Sequence record: NC_105619.1
Length of the DNA stretch: 48,980 bases
Source of the DNA: a phage
Direction: 5' to 3' (one strand)
The translations under genes and the position numbers were made by a program. Position 1 is the first letter of the stretch. Each line of letters begins with the position of its first letter. A model generated the notes under the pieces. It searched no databases. It was given only the letters and a program-made list of their open reading frames with translations, and was not told where the DNA came from. Below are positions 20,124 through 29,913 of this stretch, one piece after another.

Positions 20124-21078
20124 AATACATGTTCGGAGTGAAAGGAATTGGCATTGAAATGTTTATATTGAAGGGGAATCGCGCTCCGCTTTGGGTGGAA
20201 TAGTTACCTACTCTTGTTCCGGGGGCGCTTCTCACGTTACCGCCGCTCATACACACGCCCTTGTATCGAATGTTATTATATCCACCTGTAACTCTGCATA
20301 TTGTACCAGTTCTAAGTATTGGGAAAAATCCACCACACCACTGCCACCCGTCATTTATCGCCATAGTCCCACCGAGAACAAAAGGACGTCGAACGCTTGA
20401 GAAAACGATCTGACCAGCAGGATTGCTCATAGTGATTCCGGGGCCGGGAGGTGGTGGGGTGTTATTAAATATTACGAGTTGAACGTATACGCTCGCGCCA
20501 ACGTCATCAATACCGTTATAGTTTGCGTCTCTGCACCATATTGTATTCCCGTCAGATTCCAGTGTTACATTTGGGTTATCCCACATACCGAAAGGAACAC
20601 CCTGGACTGGCAACTGAGCCTGACCGTTAACTTGGATACCTCCAACAAATGCCGCGCTCATCAACCTGGCGTTATTCGGTATCGCCGCGAAGTTCGTTGA
20701 ATCGCTAACAAGTATCCCCTGATTTCCAGCCTGAGCGGGGAGAATTTCGTAACAGTTGCCATAAAACCTCATCCTTCTTCCACCATGACCGTTAAAATTA
20801 CCTACCGTTATTCTCCCGGTTGAATCATTAACCTTCTGAAAGCTGGTTAAATAATACACCTCCGGGATGTAATCCATGTCGTCTATGTAGATAGCCTGAG
20901 ATGGAAGGCAAAAAGCGGTAGATCCTGGACTCATTTGCAGACCAAAATCAAAAACCGATCCAGATGAATCAACCCCGTCCGCTTGTATTGGTCCGCACCA
21001 TGACGGGGCGCGAAGTCCCGAGGTTATCTCCATTGCCGGACGACCGTCATTTAGATTTATGTATATTCCTTGTCCCAT
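20122..21078 (-). CDS. hypothetical Gly/Asn-rich protein co-transcribed with cor (possible receptor-binding / adhesin-like protein)
   Basis: Start moved to ATG (residue 4 of track ORF); overlaps cor stop; Gly/Asn/Ser-rich with PPPPGPG linker; no signal peptide. Confidence 0.4.
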   Translation of the reverse strand: MGQGIYINLNDGRPAMEITSGLRAPSWCGPIQADGVDSSGSVFDFGLQMSPGSTAFCLPSQAIYIDDMDYIPEVYYLTSFQKVNDSTGRITVGNFNGHGGRRMRFYGNCYEILPAQAGNQGILVSDSTNFAAIPNNARLMSAAFVGGIQVNGQAQLPVQGVPFGMWDNPNVTLESDGNTIWCRDANYNGIDDVGASVYVQLVIFNNTPPPPGPGITMSNPAGQIVFSSVRRPFVLGGTMAINDGWQWCGGFFPILRTGTICRVTGGYNNIRYKGVCMSGGNVRSAPGTRVGNYSTQSGARFPFNINISMPIPFTPNMY

Positions 21079-21080
21079 AA

Positions 21081-21311
21081 TTACCACTCTTTAGTTTTGA
21101 TTGATACCTTTCCGCTGAAGTTACCCTGATCGTCGTCGGATGACAGACCTTTGAATCGCATATCGATTTCGCCAGCCGGAACCTTCTTACCGTCAACGAA
21201 TCGCATCATGCAAGATCCGTAAGCGTAAGTAACGCAGTCTCCATTTTTAAGATTCTGAGCGCAACCAGTCAGGATAAATGCAGCAGCAATAATGGTGATT
21301 AACTTTTTCAT
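21081..21311 (-). CDS. cor: Cor-like superinfection-exclusion lipoprotein
   Basis: 76 aa; signal peptide MKKLITIIAAAFILTGC with lipobox LTGC; size and position next to tail genes as for cor/llp-type lipoproteins of FhuA-dependent phages. Confidence 0.55.
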   Translation of the reverse strand: MKKLITIIAAAFILTGCAQNLKNGDCVTYAYGSCMMRFVDGKKVPAGEIDMRFKGLSSDDDQGNFSGKVSIKTKEW

Positions 21312-21337
21312 TTGTATGTCCTCGTTGTTAGTGTGAT

Positions 21338-21366
21338 TGCATTGTATGTCTCATTTACTTTTATTG
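21338..21366 (-). promoter_or_regulatory. sigma70-like promoter for cor operon (TTGCAA-N17-TACAAT on minus strand)
   Basis: Read on minus strand upstream of cor ATG. Confidence 0.5.
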
Positions 21367-21778
21367 CAATAGCACGATTACAATTTTTTCGTGTAACTGG
21401 TGTCTATTTTTGTAACCGGAAGTGGTGTTACAAAATCCACCCCATCCGACCGCAGAGGGATATGATAAAAACTCTATATAATATATATAGATAGATAATA
21501 TTTAATTTTAGCTTTATATATATAATTATTGTTGTGTAACAGTTGTCTATCGTGTAACTGGTGATTTGATTGATTCGTCAAATTTCTATCATATATGTTC
21601 AAAATTTAATCAATATGGATTCTACTTGTAGCTATCTCTGTATTTCTAAGAAAAAGCGGTTACAAGTATTACACAGTAGACATCACACAAAAATAGACTT
21701 AAGCCATTGATTCCGTTAATGCTGGTTGTAACTTGAGCGATATAGACACGCTATTACACATCAATTACATGTATCCGA

Positions 21779-21806
21779 TTGACTAAACGCTGTTAATGGC
21801 TATAAT
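21779..21806 (+). promoter_or_regulatory. near-consensus sigma70 promoter (TTGACT-N16-TATAAT) for recombination operon
   Basis: TTGACT 21779-21784, TATAAT 21801-21806, ~30 nt upstream of RBS AAGGAGA. Confidence 0.6.
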
Positions 21807-21837
21807 GGATTCATCGTAAACGAAGGAGATAAACGCA

Positions 21838-22902
21838 ATGTTCCAAGTATTCACATCAAGTCAGCTTTCTAATGACGAGTATCATAGCAACGAAGGTTGG
21901 GCGGCAGAGTATGTAAGCGGTTCGAGCCTTGCAGAAATTTATCAGACTTGCCCGGCTAACTGGCGATTCAAGAAGAACGAGACGACTAAAGCGCTGGAGT
22001 TTGGTACTCAGTCGCACACCAACTTTGAGAGCCGAGATCTGTTTACTGCATCGTATGCGCGTTGTCCGGCTCCGGCAGAGTTTAAAGATCTCATTACTTC
22101 GCAGGCGGCGCTGGCAGCAAAATTAAAATCATTCGGCCTGAAAGGTACATCCGGAAAGCAGTACCCGGACCTCATCAAAATGATGGTTGATTGTGGCGAA
22201 GACCTTAACGTTCAATACCTGATTGAACTGATCGCAGAAGCTGAGGCGCGCGCTGAAGGAAAGAAACTCGTCGACGCTGATAAATACGACGCCTGCATGA
22301 AGATGAGAGCTATACTTGAACAGAACCCCGATCATGAAGCGTGCATCAACAGCGAAACAGCGCAGCGTGAAATCTCAATCTTCGGTGAAATATCCGGCGT
22401 CAAGGTTAAGGTTCGACTAGATCATCTGGACTACAAAGAGAATGTACCAGGTCGCGTACTGACTGGTTATGATGAGAATGGTGATCCGGTATTTGAAGAC
22501 GTAATTTTCCCGGAAGCACTGATTATCACAGATTTCAAAACTACGATGAGCGCCAACCCGTTAGAGTTCCCTAGACTGGCATACAATCACGGCTATTACC
22601 TGAAGATGGCATTGCAGCATGACCTGCTACGTCGCGCAATCCAGGCTGGCGCTTTTGAAGGAAACTTCCCGGAAGATATTCCGATCGTAGTTCGATTGCT
22701 TGCGCAGGAGAAAAAAGAGCCTTATATCGCACTGGCTTACCGTATGACTATGGAGCAAATCAGGATCGGTCGTAACCAGTACATTAGCGTAGTCCACACT
22801 TACAAGGCTTGCTCTGAAATGGATGTTTGGCCTGGGTACGCTGGCGACGCAAGCGAGATCGAACTTGAAACGCCATCATGGGTGCGTTACCAAAATAAGT
22901 AA
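21838..22902 (+). CDS. PD-(D/E)XK-family recombination exonuclease (RecE/YqaJ-like)
   Basis: Motif ..RLDHLDY.. and ..IITDFKT.. (D..D/ExK); first gene of recombination block with Erf-like and SSB genes. Confidence 0.55.
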   Translation: MFQVFTSSQLSNDEYHSNEGWAAEYVSGSSLAEIYQTCPANWRFKKNETTKALEFGTQSHTNFESRDLFTASYARCPAPAEFKDLITSQAALAAKLKSFGLKGTSGKQYPDLIKMMVDCGEDLNVQYLIELIAEAEARAEGKKLVDADKYDACMKMRAILEQNPDHEACINSETAQREISIFGEISGVKVKVRLDHLDYKENVPGRVLTGYDENGDPVFEDVIFPEALIITDFKTTMSANPLEFPRLAYNHGYYLKMALQHDLLRRAIQAGAFEGNFPEDIPIVVRLLAQEKKEPYIALAYRMTMEQIRIGRNQYISVVHTYKACSEMDVWPGYAGDASEIELETPSWVRYQNK

Positions 22903-22924
22903 ACGGCACAAATAGCTAAACAAA

Positions 22925-22963
22925 TAATTAATGAGGTGTTATAATGCACCTCATACACCAATC
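22925..22963 (+). promoter_or_regulatory. TATAAT box framed by 8-bp inverted repeat ATGAGGTG/CACCTCAT
   Basis: Same -10-between-IR-arms geometry as the early promoter modules. Confidence 0.4.
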
Positions 22964-22976
22964 AGGAGAAGTTAAG

Positions 22977-23624
22977 ATGCAATTATCACCAGAAACAAAC
23001 GAAATCCTTCCTGCACTGTTCAATGCTCGCAACAAATTCGCGAAAGCAAAGAAGGACGCTAAAAACAATCACCTGAAAAACTCATACGCAACTCTTGATG
23101 CAATGATGGCGGCAGTAAGCCCAGCACTAACCGATAACGATATTATGATCCTGCAATCAATGCTGGATACCAGCACTGAAACAACTTTCCATCTTGAAAC
23201 GATGCTTATTCACAAATCCGGGCAGTGGGCCAAATTCTTCATGATGATGCCGATTGCAAAGCGCGATCCGCAAGGCGTAGGTTCCGCAATGACGTATGCT
23301 CGACGTTACTCATTAGCCGCAGCGCTGGGGATTAGCCAGAGTGATGACGATGCTCAGCTTGCAGTGAAATCTGTCAAGGACTGGAAAAAAGAACTTGATG
23401 CGTGTGAAGATATCGAATCACTGAAAGAGGTATGGGCTAACGCTTACCGCCAGACGGACACGGCAAGCAAGTCAATCATTCAGGATCACTACAACGCACT
23501 TAAGGCTAAGTTTGAGATAGGTAAAGCTCGTGGTATTCGCCCGGCGCAACCGGAACAGAAAAAACAGGTTGAAGCAACGAGCGCGAAGCCTGTACAATCT
23601 CAATCAATCACCAACTTCGAATAA
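22977..23624 (+). CDS. single-strand annealing protein (Erf-like, putative)
   Basis: Start at internal ATG with RBS AGGAGAAG; position between exonuclease and SSB; assignment mainly by context. Confidence 0.45.
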   Translation: MQLSPETNEILPALFNARNKFAKAKKDAKNNHLKNSYATLDAMMAAVSPALTDNDIMILQSMLDTSTETTFHLETMLIHKSGQWAKFFMMMPIAKRDPQGVGSAMTYARRYSLAAALGISQSDDDAQLAVKSVKDWKKELDACEDIESLKEVWANAYRQTDTASKSIIQDHYNALKAKFEIGKARGIRPAQPEQKKQVEATSAKPVQSQSITNFE

Positions 23625-23628
23625 TCAT

Positions 23629-23646
23629 CAGGGCGGCTTCGGTCGC
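23629..23646 (+). other. stem-loop GGGCGGC-UUCG-GUCGCCC (UUCG tetraloop) without U-tract
   Basis: Read directly; possible RNA stability/processing element between Erf-like and SSB genes. Confidence 0.35.
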
Positions 23647-23670
23647 CCATAAAATTTAGGAGAGAAAAAC

Positions 23671-24090
23671 ATGCATATTATCACTGGCGAGATCCGTAAA
23701 GAACCGAAGATTCTTGATCGTAACGGCGGAAATACTTATATCATTGAACTGGCTGAAAGCTACAAACCGCGTGATGGCGATCGCGAATACACCAACTACA
23801 CATTCTTTTTTAGCGACGGTGGAAAGCCTGGCCTTGCTGACTGGTATCGTGAAGCGTTCCAAGTTGGTAGAGTTATATCAGTATCGTGCGAGACGTTGAA
23901 GATCTCATCCCGTGAGCACAACGGAACGGTTTACAATTCATTGCAGGCGGCTGATTTCCCTAAGCTGGTATTCAGTCAACGTGGTCAAAGCAACCAGCAA
24001 CAGCTAGCGCCGCAGCAACAACAGCGAGATCAGCAACAACAACCACAACCAAATCCACAATCAACTTTCGATGAAGATATTCCATTCTAG
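23671..24090 (+). CDS. ssb: single-stranded DNA-binding protein
   Basis: C-terminal Gln/Pro-rich linker ending in acidic tail ..TFDEDIPF (SSB-type DIPF terminus). Confidence 0.55.
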   Translation: MHIITGEIRKEPKILDRNGGNTYIIELAESYKPRDGDREYTNYTFFFSDGGKPGLADWYREAFQVGRVISVSCETLKISSREHNGTVYNSLQAADFPKLVFSQRGQSNQQQLAPQQQQRDQQQQPQPNPQSTFDEDIPF

Positions 24091-24099
24091 TTTATAAAC

Positions 24100-24127
24100 A
24101 AAAGGAGCCTTTCGGCTCCTTTTTTTG
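24100..24127. terminator. bidirectional terminator between SSB and convergent tail-fibre gene
   Basis: A-run, GGAGCC-tttc-GGCTCC, T7 run. Confidence 0.75.
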
Positions 24128-24168
24128 CTCTTCGGTTTTTAAAAGTCACTTCTTTAATTTACCAGTGA

Positions 24169-25773
24169 TTACGGCATGTTGACACGAATTGAAACGAACG
24201 CGTCCGAAGGAATGTCAATAGGATCTCCATTACTAAAACCTTCGATCTTATTGGATGCGAAGGACGGAGAAGAATAATGAGTTCGATGATAAGTTTTAAC
24301 AACTATGGAACCATCATGTTCAACCTCATAATCCAACCATATTCTCGGCTGCTTGTTGACATCTACGGGAATCTCAAACCCACAGTTTACACCCCCCCAT
24401 AAAGCCTCTGAGTTAAGACCAAGCACACCAGACACCTTGTATACTCCGGTAGAAATTCGCTCTACTTTAGCCCCTTCAGATTGCTCATTTGTCTCAAATC
24501 TTCCGTCTTTAAAAACTTTTACTATAGGTGACGCAGTCTTAATGAATCCGTTCGGATCTACGGTTGTGTTCACAGTGTCGTATATTGTTCGAGAGGTCTT
24601 CCACCCATAACCTGCAACCCCACCAAAAACCTTTATTTTCCCAGCTTGTTCGAAAGGTATGCTTATCATACTATAGGTATCGCCAGCCCTGAAGAATAGG
24701 TTAGATGAATAGTTCCAGATATCCCACGGGGCCGCAATTTGTTGGTTATTCCTAAACACGCACAATCCGTTAGTATCAAGCCCGGCTAATAAAACATCCT
24801 GTGAGGTTGTGTTGAAAACATAAGCGCCATCTGGTTTACCCAGACCAAAGTCACCAACTCTCATTACGTCTCCTGTAGCGCTTCCTGCATTAAGTGTTGC
24901 AGCAGATCCCAAACCTAAGTGTCCTCTAGCCTCACCTGCATCAGTAATTCCATCAAGGTTTCCTGATTTAGTTAAAAGGTTGTCAGCATTAATACTACCT
25001 GCTGCGTCTTTCGCTTCCTGCGCGCTAACTGCCGCTGCATCTTTTGCGCTAACAGATGCGTCACGCGCTGCCTGTGCATCATTTTTTGCAGAGGTTGCTG
25101 TTTGTGCCGCCGCTTGAGCATCAGTAACATACCCGGATAGATCGCCTTTAGCGTCATTGATTGCCTGAATGGCTGCCGCCTCTTCCGTGTCTATGTGCGT
25201 AACCGCCGCTGATTCTTTATCACCTACATCTGCGATCGCTTGGTCTTTTGCTGCATTAATGCCATCAACAGCACCATCAACAATTTGCTGCGTCTGATCC
25301 TTGATTGAGTTAGTCTCATCTCGCGCTGCATTTGCTGCATCACGAGCTAGTTCAGCCTGACTTTGTGCATCTTGAGCATCAGATTTTGCCTGATTTACAT
25401 CGGCAACTATTTGATTAAGTTTATCCATATCAAGATTTTTTATCAGCTCTACAGCTTCCGCAATCTCAGTCTCTCTGCTCTGGTAGTACCGAAGCGTCTC
25501 AGCGACGTTTTGCGCAAGCCCGTTAACGGTCAATGAATCATTAAGAAGAATCACATACTTTCCGTCAGCGGCAGTCTGACCATCAGTAGAGATAGCCTTT
25601 AGCTCTGTGTCACTCACAATATCGCTGATTACCGCCAGCTTAATTGGTTGCTCCAGGAATACGATAGTTGCACCGACTCGAATCAGAGCAAGCTGATCTT
25701 TCCATTTCGTATCAGTTCCGTGAACCGTACCGTCTGCATCCATTGATGCAGTACCGCGTCTGTATAAAGCCAT
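24169..25773 (-). CDS. tail fibre protein
   Basis: 534 aa; N-terminus [39 protein letters not shown] typical of tail-fibre N-termini; long Ala/Asp/Gln coiled region; Gly-rich C-terminal domain. Confidence 0.75.
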   Translation of the reverse strand: MALYRRGTASMDADGTVHGTDTKWKDQLALIRVGATIVFLEQPIKLAVISDIVSDTELKAISTDGQTAADGKYVILLNDSLTVNGLAQNVAETLRYYQSRETEIAEAVELIKNLDMDKLNQIVADVNQAKSDAQDAQSQAELARDAANAARDETNSIKDQTQQIVDGAVDGINAAKDQAIADVGDKESAAVTHIDTEEAAAIQAINDAKGDLSGYVTDAQAAAQTATSAKNDAQAARDASVSAKDAAAVSAQEAKDAAGSINADNLLTKSGNLDGITDAGEARGHLGLGSAATLNAGSATGDVMRVGDFGLGKPDGAYVFNTTSQDVLLAGLDTNGLCVFRNNQQIAAPWDIWNYSSNLFFRAGDTYSMISIPFEQAGKIKVFGGVAGYGWKTSRTIYDTVNTTVDPNGFIKTASPIVKVFKDGRFETNEQSEGAKVERISTGVYKVSGVLGLNSEALWGGVNCGFEIPVDVNKQPRIWLDYEVEHDGSIVVKTYHRTHYSSPSFASNKIEGFSNGDPIDIPSDAFVSIRVNMP

Positions 25774-25792
25774 AGTGTAAACTCCTTAAGTA

Positions 25793-25810
25793 AATAGCAC
25801 GAATTGCTAA
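25793..25810. repeat. palindromic box AATAGCACGAATTGCTAA in tail-fibre leader
   Basis: TAGCA-CGAAT-TGCTA dyad. Confidence 0.45.
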
Positions 25811-25816
25811 GCAATG

Positions 25817-25845
25817 ATTTTATCATTGTGATACCTGCCTTGCAA
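25817..25845 (-). promoter_or_regulatory. sigma70-like promoter for tail-fibre gene (TTGCAA-N17-TAAAAT on minus strand)
   Basis: Read on minus strand. Confidence 0.5.
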
Positions 25846-25852
25846 TGGGCAA

Positions 25853-25872
25853 TAAAAAACCGCCCAAGGCGG
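25853..25872 (-). terminator. terminator after primase gene (minus strand)
   Basis: CCGCC-caa-GGCGG with A6 on plus strand (T-run on minus). Confidence 0.55.
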
Positions 25873-26808
25873 TTAGAGTAGGTCACTTGCTGAGAATAAT
25901 TTGGCTTGCATTCCTGAACGGTATCCTCCCGGATTCGGGATGATTATTTTTAATTGTCGGTCATCTGCCATATACAAAGTTTCTTTGTCAGACGGTTCGC
26001 ATGCCACCCTTACCTCCCGATCCCCTTTGTATCTGTACGCAACCATCTCGAGGTTTTCAGGGGTGAAGCAGGCCCACACCTCCTGCTTTGTGTGAAATGC
26101 AATATGCTGGGCATCAATCCAGTTCAGGCATAAGTAGATCGCCTTTCCAGTTTTACCAGTCACGGCAACCGAGCAACTCGTGTATTTCTTCGCGTAGAAT
26201 GACTCCCTTCCTTCTTCATCAATAATCAAAATATTGCAAAACTCGTCATCAAGCCCGTTCTCGTGCACAAGTTGACACGGTATGGTGTGAAATACGCTCT
26301 CACTGCCATCCTCGCGACGTTTTACGCCAACGTCGAATGATTCAGTAGGCAGAGACTCAAACATGCTTAGAGGTGTGTTTATGCGCTTCTCTGTGCGCAC
26401 CATAACTTTCATCACTGCATCGTGGTCTGCCATCATAACATTAACACCAGCTACAGGAGTTCGGCGCGCTTTTTTGTTGGCCTTGACAATGTATTCCTGC
26501 GGAACCTTTCCGAGAAATCTCCCCAGGATGTTTATGCATTCGCTGTACGGCATTCCAGTTAGCTTCATTAGCCAACCGATCCCTGAGTCGTTACCGCATG
26601 AGTTGCAGATCGCGCCGCCGTCGCCCGGAGTATTCAGGTTGTCAGTCCAGCGAAAACGGTCTTTGCCGCCGCAGTTAGGGCAAGGTTGGTGCTTCTTGTT
26701 GAAAACCTCGTTAGGTAATCCGCATACGGACTGGAACGCCTCGCGCCATAACCCCTTCATATACGGCAATACGTCCTCTTTCTGAAACATCATAAATTCT
26801 TCGTTCAC
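25873..26808 (-). CDS. DNA primase (zinc-ribbon type)
   Basis: N-terminal zinc ribbon ..CPNCGGKDRFRW..CNSCGN..; adjacent divergent helicase. Confidence 0.55.
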   Translation of the reverse strand: MNEEFMMFQKEDVLPYMKGLWREAFQSVCGLPNEVFNKKHQPCPNCGGKDRFRWTDNLNTPGDGGAICNSCGNDSGIGWLMKLTGMPYSECINILGRFLGKVPQEYIVKANKKARRTPVAGVNVMMADHDAVMKVMVRTEKRINTPLSMFESLPTESFDVGVKRREDGSESVFHTIPCQLVHENGLDDEFCNILIIDEEGRESFYAKKYTSCSVAVTGKTGKAIYLCLNWIDAQHIAFHTKQEVWACFTPENLEMVAYRYKGDREVRVACEPSDKETLYMADDRQLKIIIPNPGGYRSGMQAKLFSASDLL

Positions 26809-26868
26809 TTCCAGATCTCCAAATAAAAAACGCGTAGAAGGATGTTACCCCGCTACGCGTCGTTTGTT

Positions 26869-27321
26869 TTAACTAAAAATGCTATTGGTCGTCCCGATAT
26901 CTTCCTTCTTCACCACTCGCATAAACTTCTTGTTCTTGCATCGCTTCTCAAGGCACTTACCGTTACCGTCAAACTTGAGGTCGAATCGCAACCATGCCGC
27001 GCGGTATCCTTTACACCCCTGGCGACGGTAAGCGCGATGCGCAGCTTCAGCACCTTGCCATGAAATCATATTGCGTTCTTTCCAGCCCTGCACCGTCTGA
27101 TTGCTAACCTTCAGAGCCTTTGCGCAGGCCGCCGGGCCGCCGTAATATTCGATAAGGGCATCAAGTCTCGCTCGCAGTCCGGCGCGCGTTTCTTCTTTAT
27201 GAATATAGAACCCGCAACGCTGGCGAGGCTTTTTATCTTTACCGCGCCGTGTTCCGTTGTTACCATTGATGTGACGTTTATCGATTTCACCAGTTGATTC
27301 TGCGATACGTTGAATACTCAT
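26869..27321 (-). CDS. hypothetical basic protein with HTH-like segment
   Basis: ..AACAKALKVSNQTVQGWKERN.. resembles an HTH recognition helix; Lys/Arg-rich. Confidence 0.3.
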   Translation of the reverse strand: MSIQRIAESTGEIDKRHINGNNGTRRGKDKKPRQRCGFYIHKEETRAGLRARLDALIEYYGGPAACAKALKVSNQTVQGWKERNMISWQGAEAAHRAYRRQGCKGYRAAWLRFDLKFDGNGKCLEKRCKNKKFMRVVKKEDIGTTNSIFS

Positions 27322-27332
27322 CTTGATTCCCC

Positions 27333-27377
27333 TATAGCACTTTTTGCTAAAAACGTTTACTTTATGCCGTGTATTAT
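27333..27377 (+). promoter_or_regulatory. early promoter module (TAGCACTTTTTGCTA box + 22 nt + TATTAT) overlapping divergent minus-strand promoter
   Basis: Arms AACGTTTAC/GTAAACGTT flank the -10; minus strand reads TTGAAT-N17-TATAAT over the same -10. Confidence 0.5.
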
Positions 27378-27408
27378 AGCGTAAACGTTACAACGATTCA
27401 AAGGATTA

Positions 27409-29433
27409 ATGGCCGTGACAATGAACATTAAAAAACAGATTGCATTACTTGGCGAGGACTACATAAAGCGAACTCAGGAGCGATTCACTGTAGGTGAGGT
27501 AGTTCCTTATCCGTATCAGGTTGTTGCTTACGCCGAGATCGCGAAGCGCTTGTCAAACTATGAGCATCCATTCTTCGTTAAAGCGTCTGTATCCGCAGGT
27601 AAGACAATAATATTTGCTATGGTGGCAAAGCAGTGTCAGAAAATGGGCTTAAAAATGCTTGTGCTGGCTCGCCAGGGTGAGATTGTCGATCAGGATAGTG
27701 AGGAGATTGACAACTTCGGGGTAACTAACTCCATATTCTCAGCGTCACTTGGAATCAAGTCCTGCTACTTCCCGATCGTGGTTGGCTCAGAGGGTACTGT
27801 TGCAAATGGCCTCGACAATGAGTTAGCTGATTTCGTACCGCATGTAATTGGGATCGACGAATGTCACCAGGTGGATTGGGAAGACCTTGCGCAAGCCATC
27901 GAGGGTAAGGAAACAATGGAACAAATGAGGGGCGAGAAAGGGAAAATTATCATGGACGGAGATATTCCCCTGATTGGTAATGATGGAAAGCCTTTGCTTG
28001 GAACTAAGCGCAGTCAGTACACGATCGTAATCATGGAAATGATGCGGCGCTGTAAAAAGGTTCACGGTCACGATCTCAGAATATTTGGTATGACTGGATC
28101 TGAATTTCGTGGCGTAGTTCCTATTCTGGTAGAGAATCCGAAAGCATTGGGATTCTGGCGTGAGCGAGTAACTGATATCGACACAAACTATCTGATTGAG
28201 TTCGGCTCTGTCGTTCCGACTATATTCGGATCAACAGACGGAGTTCATTACGATCTTGATAAGTTCAAGGCGTCGAGCGAGGACGGAGTGCAGGACTTTA
28301 CAGAGAAAGACATGAAGGCTATGGAAGATGAGATCCTTCATGATAAATCTCTGACTCAGCGAATCATGCAAATGGTCGCCAAAAAGGCAGAAGAACGCAA
28401 TGCGGTCCTGATTACATGTGCTGGTGTGCGCCACTGCAAAGAGGCAGCGGCAGCACTTCCTCCGGGAAGCACCTATGCAATTATTACTGGAGACACAGAC
28501 AACAAAGCGCGCAAGAAGATTCTTGACGATGTAAGGGCCGGAAAAATTAAATACACATTTCAGGTAATGGCGCTCACTACTGGCGTTAACGTTCCAAATT
28601 GGGATTTCAGTGTAATACTTCGCAAGATAGGATCTCTTACCTTGCTGATTCAGCTTTTGGGTAGGGGTATGCGACTTCTTAAATCCTGGCAGGTTGCTGA
28701 AGGAATGGTTAAGCAAGATCATCTGGTATGGGATTTTGCTGGTACGATGGACGAGTTGGGGCAGCTTTATTTTGACCCTATACTTGAGCAGGCTCAGTTT
28801 CAGAAGCGATTCGAGAACGGAAAAGACCCGAAAACGTGTCCTAAATGTGGTTGCGTAAATAGCTTCTATGCTCGCCGATGCGTTAACGTTATAGACGGTG
28901 AACGTTGCGATCATTTCTGGACTTCTCAGATTTGTGAGGACCAGGTTGACGAGCGCACCGGAAAAATCCTTGTTAAAGGATGCGGCGCAGAGAATGACGT
29001 TGTGGCCCGAGTCTGTCGTTGTTGTGATGTTTCGCTTGTCGATCCTAACCTGAAGTTATCCGGTAAGGCGTACACCAAGAATGACTGGTACGAGGTCAAG
29101 AATTTTGAGGTAACGCTAACCAAAAACCAGAAAGGCATAATATACAAATACACGCTAATTAACGACGAAGGTGATGAGTTCAAGGCGTATGAAAAATTCT
29201 TCCCTGAGTCAGACTCTAAGATTTGCGGTACGCTATGGAAAACGAAAGGTGTATTACCTCATGTGTCAGATCCTAAAATGCGCAGCTACTTTATCGGAAT
29301 GAAGAACGCCATCAAGATTTTGCAATATTCACATCATATTGCTCACCCGGTGCGCGTAACTCATCGTCGCAACCAGAAGAAAGAAGATATTATCTCACGA
29401 AAAGACTTTGGTATGGAGGATATCCCGGAATGA
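27409..29433 (+). CDS. SF2 DEAD/DEAH-box helicase with C-terminal Cys-rich zinc-finger region
   Basis: Walker A ..SAGKT.., DECH box ..IGIDECHQV.., C-terminal CPKCGC..C..C cluster. Confidence 0.8.
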   Translation: MAVTMNIKKQIALLGEDYIKRTQERFTVGEVVPYPYQVVAYAEIAKRLSNYEHPFFVKASVSAGKTIIFAMVAKQCQKMGLKMLVLARQGEIVDQDSEEIDNFGVTNSIFSASLGIKSCYFPIVVGSEGTVANGLDNELADFVPHVIGIDECHQVDWEDLAQAIEGKETMEQMRGEKGKIIMDGDIPLIGNDGKPLLGTKRSQYTIVIMEMMRRCKKVHGHDLRIFGMTGSEFRGVVPILVENPKALGFWRERVTDIDTNYLIEFGSVVPTIFGSTDGVHYDLDKFKASSEDGVQDFTEKDMKAMEDEILHDKSLTQRIMQMVAKKAEERNAVLITCAGVRHCKEAAAALPPGSTYAIITGDTDNKARKKILDDVRAGKIKYTFQVMALTTGVNVPNWDFSVILRKIGSLTLLIQLLGRGMRLLKSWQVAEGMVKQDHLVWDFAGTMDELGQLYFDPILEQAQFQKRFENGKDPKTCPKCGCVNSFYARRCVNVIDGERCDHFWTSQICEDQVDERTGKILVKGCGAENDVVARVCRCCDVSLVDPNLKLSGKAYTKNDWYEVKNFEVTLTKNQKGIIYKYTLINDEGDEFKAYEKFFPESDSKICGTLWKTKGVLPHVSDPKMRSYFIGMKNAIKILQYSHHIAHPVRVTHRRNQKKEDIISRKDFGMEDIPE

Positions 29434-29846
29434 TTACAGACAAAGGTGATTATTTAGAATTTTACGAGAGAGATCCAAGCGACACTCGAAAGGAGGACGC
29501 TCATCAGGTGGATTGTGTATCTTGGCTGAAATACAATTTTCCTCACCTTCTATTTTGGCACACTGTCAATGAAGGTGAAAAAACAATCACATCGGCGCTC
29601 AGGGATGAGCAGGCCGGATTACTTAAAGGCGTGTCAGACTTCGTTATCCTGATTGGTGTTAACTCACGATACCCGTTTGCAGCAATAGAACTAAAGCGGG
29701 TTAATAAGTCAGGCAAAGGAAAGGCGTCACCAGTCAGCGACAAGCAAAGGGAGTTTCTTCGAAAGGTCCGGGAGCGTGGCGGCTTCTCTGCCGTCGCATA
29801 CGGATTCGCGCAATTCAAGATCTCAATTCACGAAATGATGAAATAG
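29430..29846 (+). CDS. VRR-NUC domain nuclease
   Basis: ..DFVILIG..AAIELK..Q..F.. pattern (D-E-K nuclease core). Confidence 0.65.
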   Translation: MITDKGDYLEFYERDPSDTRKEDAHQVDCVSWLKYNFPHLLFWHTVNEGEKTITSALRDEQAGLLKGVSDFVILIGVNSRYPFAAIELKRVNKSGKGKASPVSDKQREFLRKVRERGGFSAVAYGFAQFKISIHEMMK

Positions 29847-29886
29847 CACTTTTTGTTAAAACTGCCGGAATGGAATCTGGCATTAT
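29842..29886 (+). promoter_or_regulatory. early promoter module upstream of dam
   Basis: AATAGCACTTTTTGTTAAAAC + 22 nt + CATTAT; box overlaps TAG stop of upstream gene. Confidence 0.5.
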
Positions 29887-29913
29887 TATTTCACCAAAAC
29901 GAGAGGACTAAAA

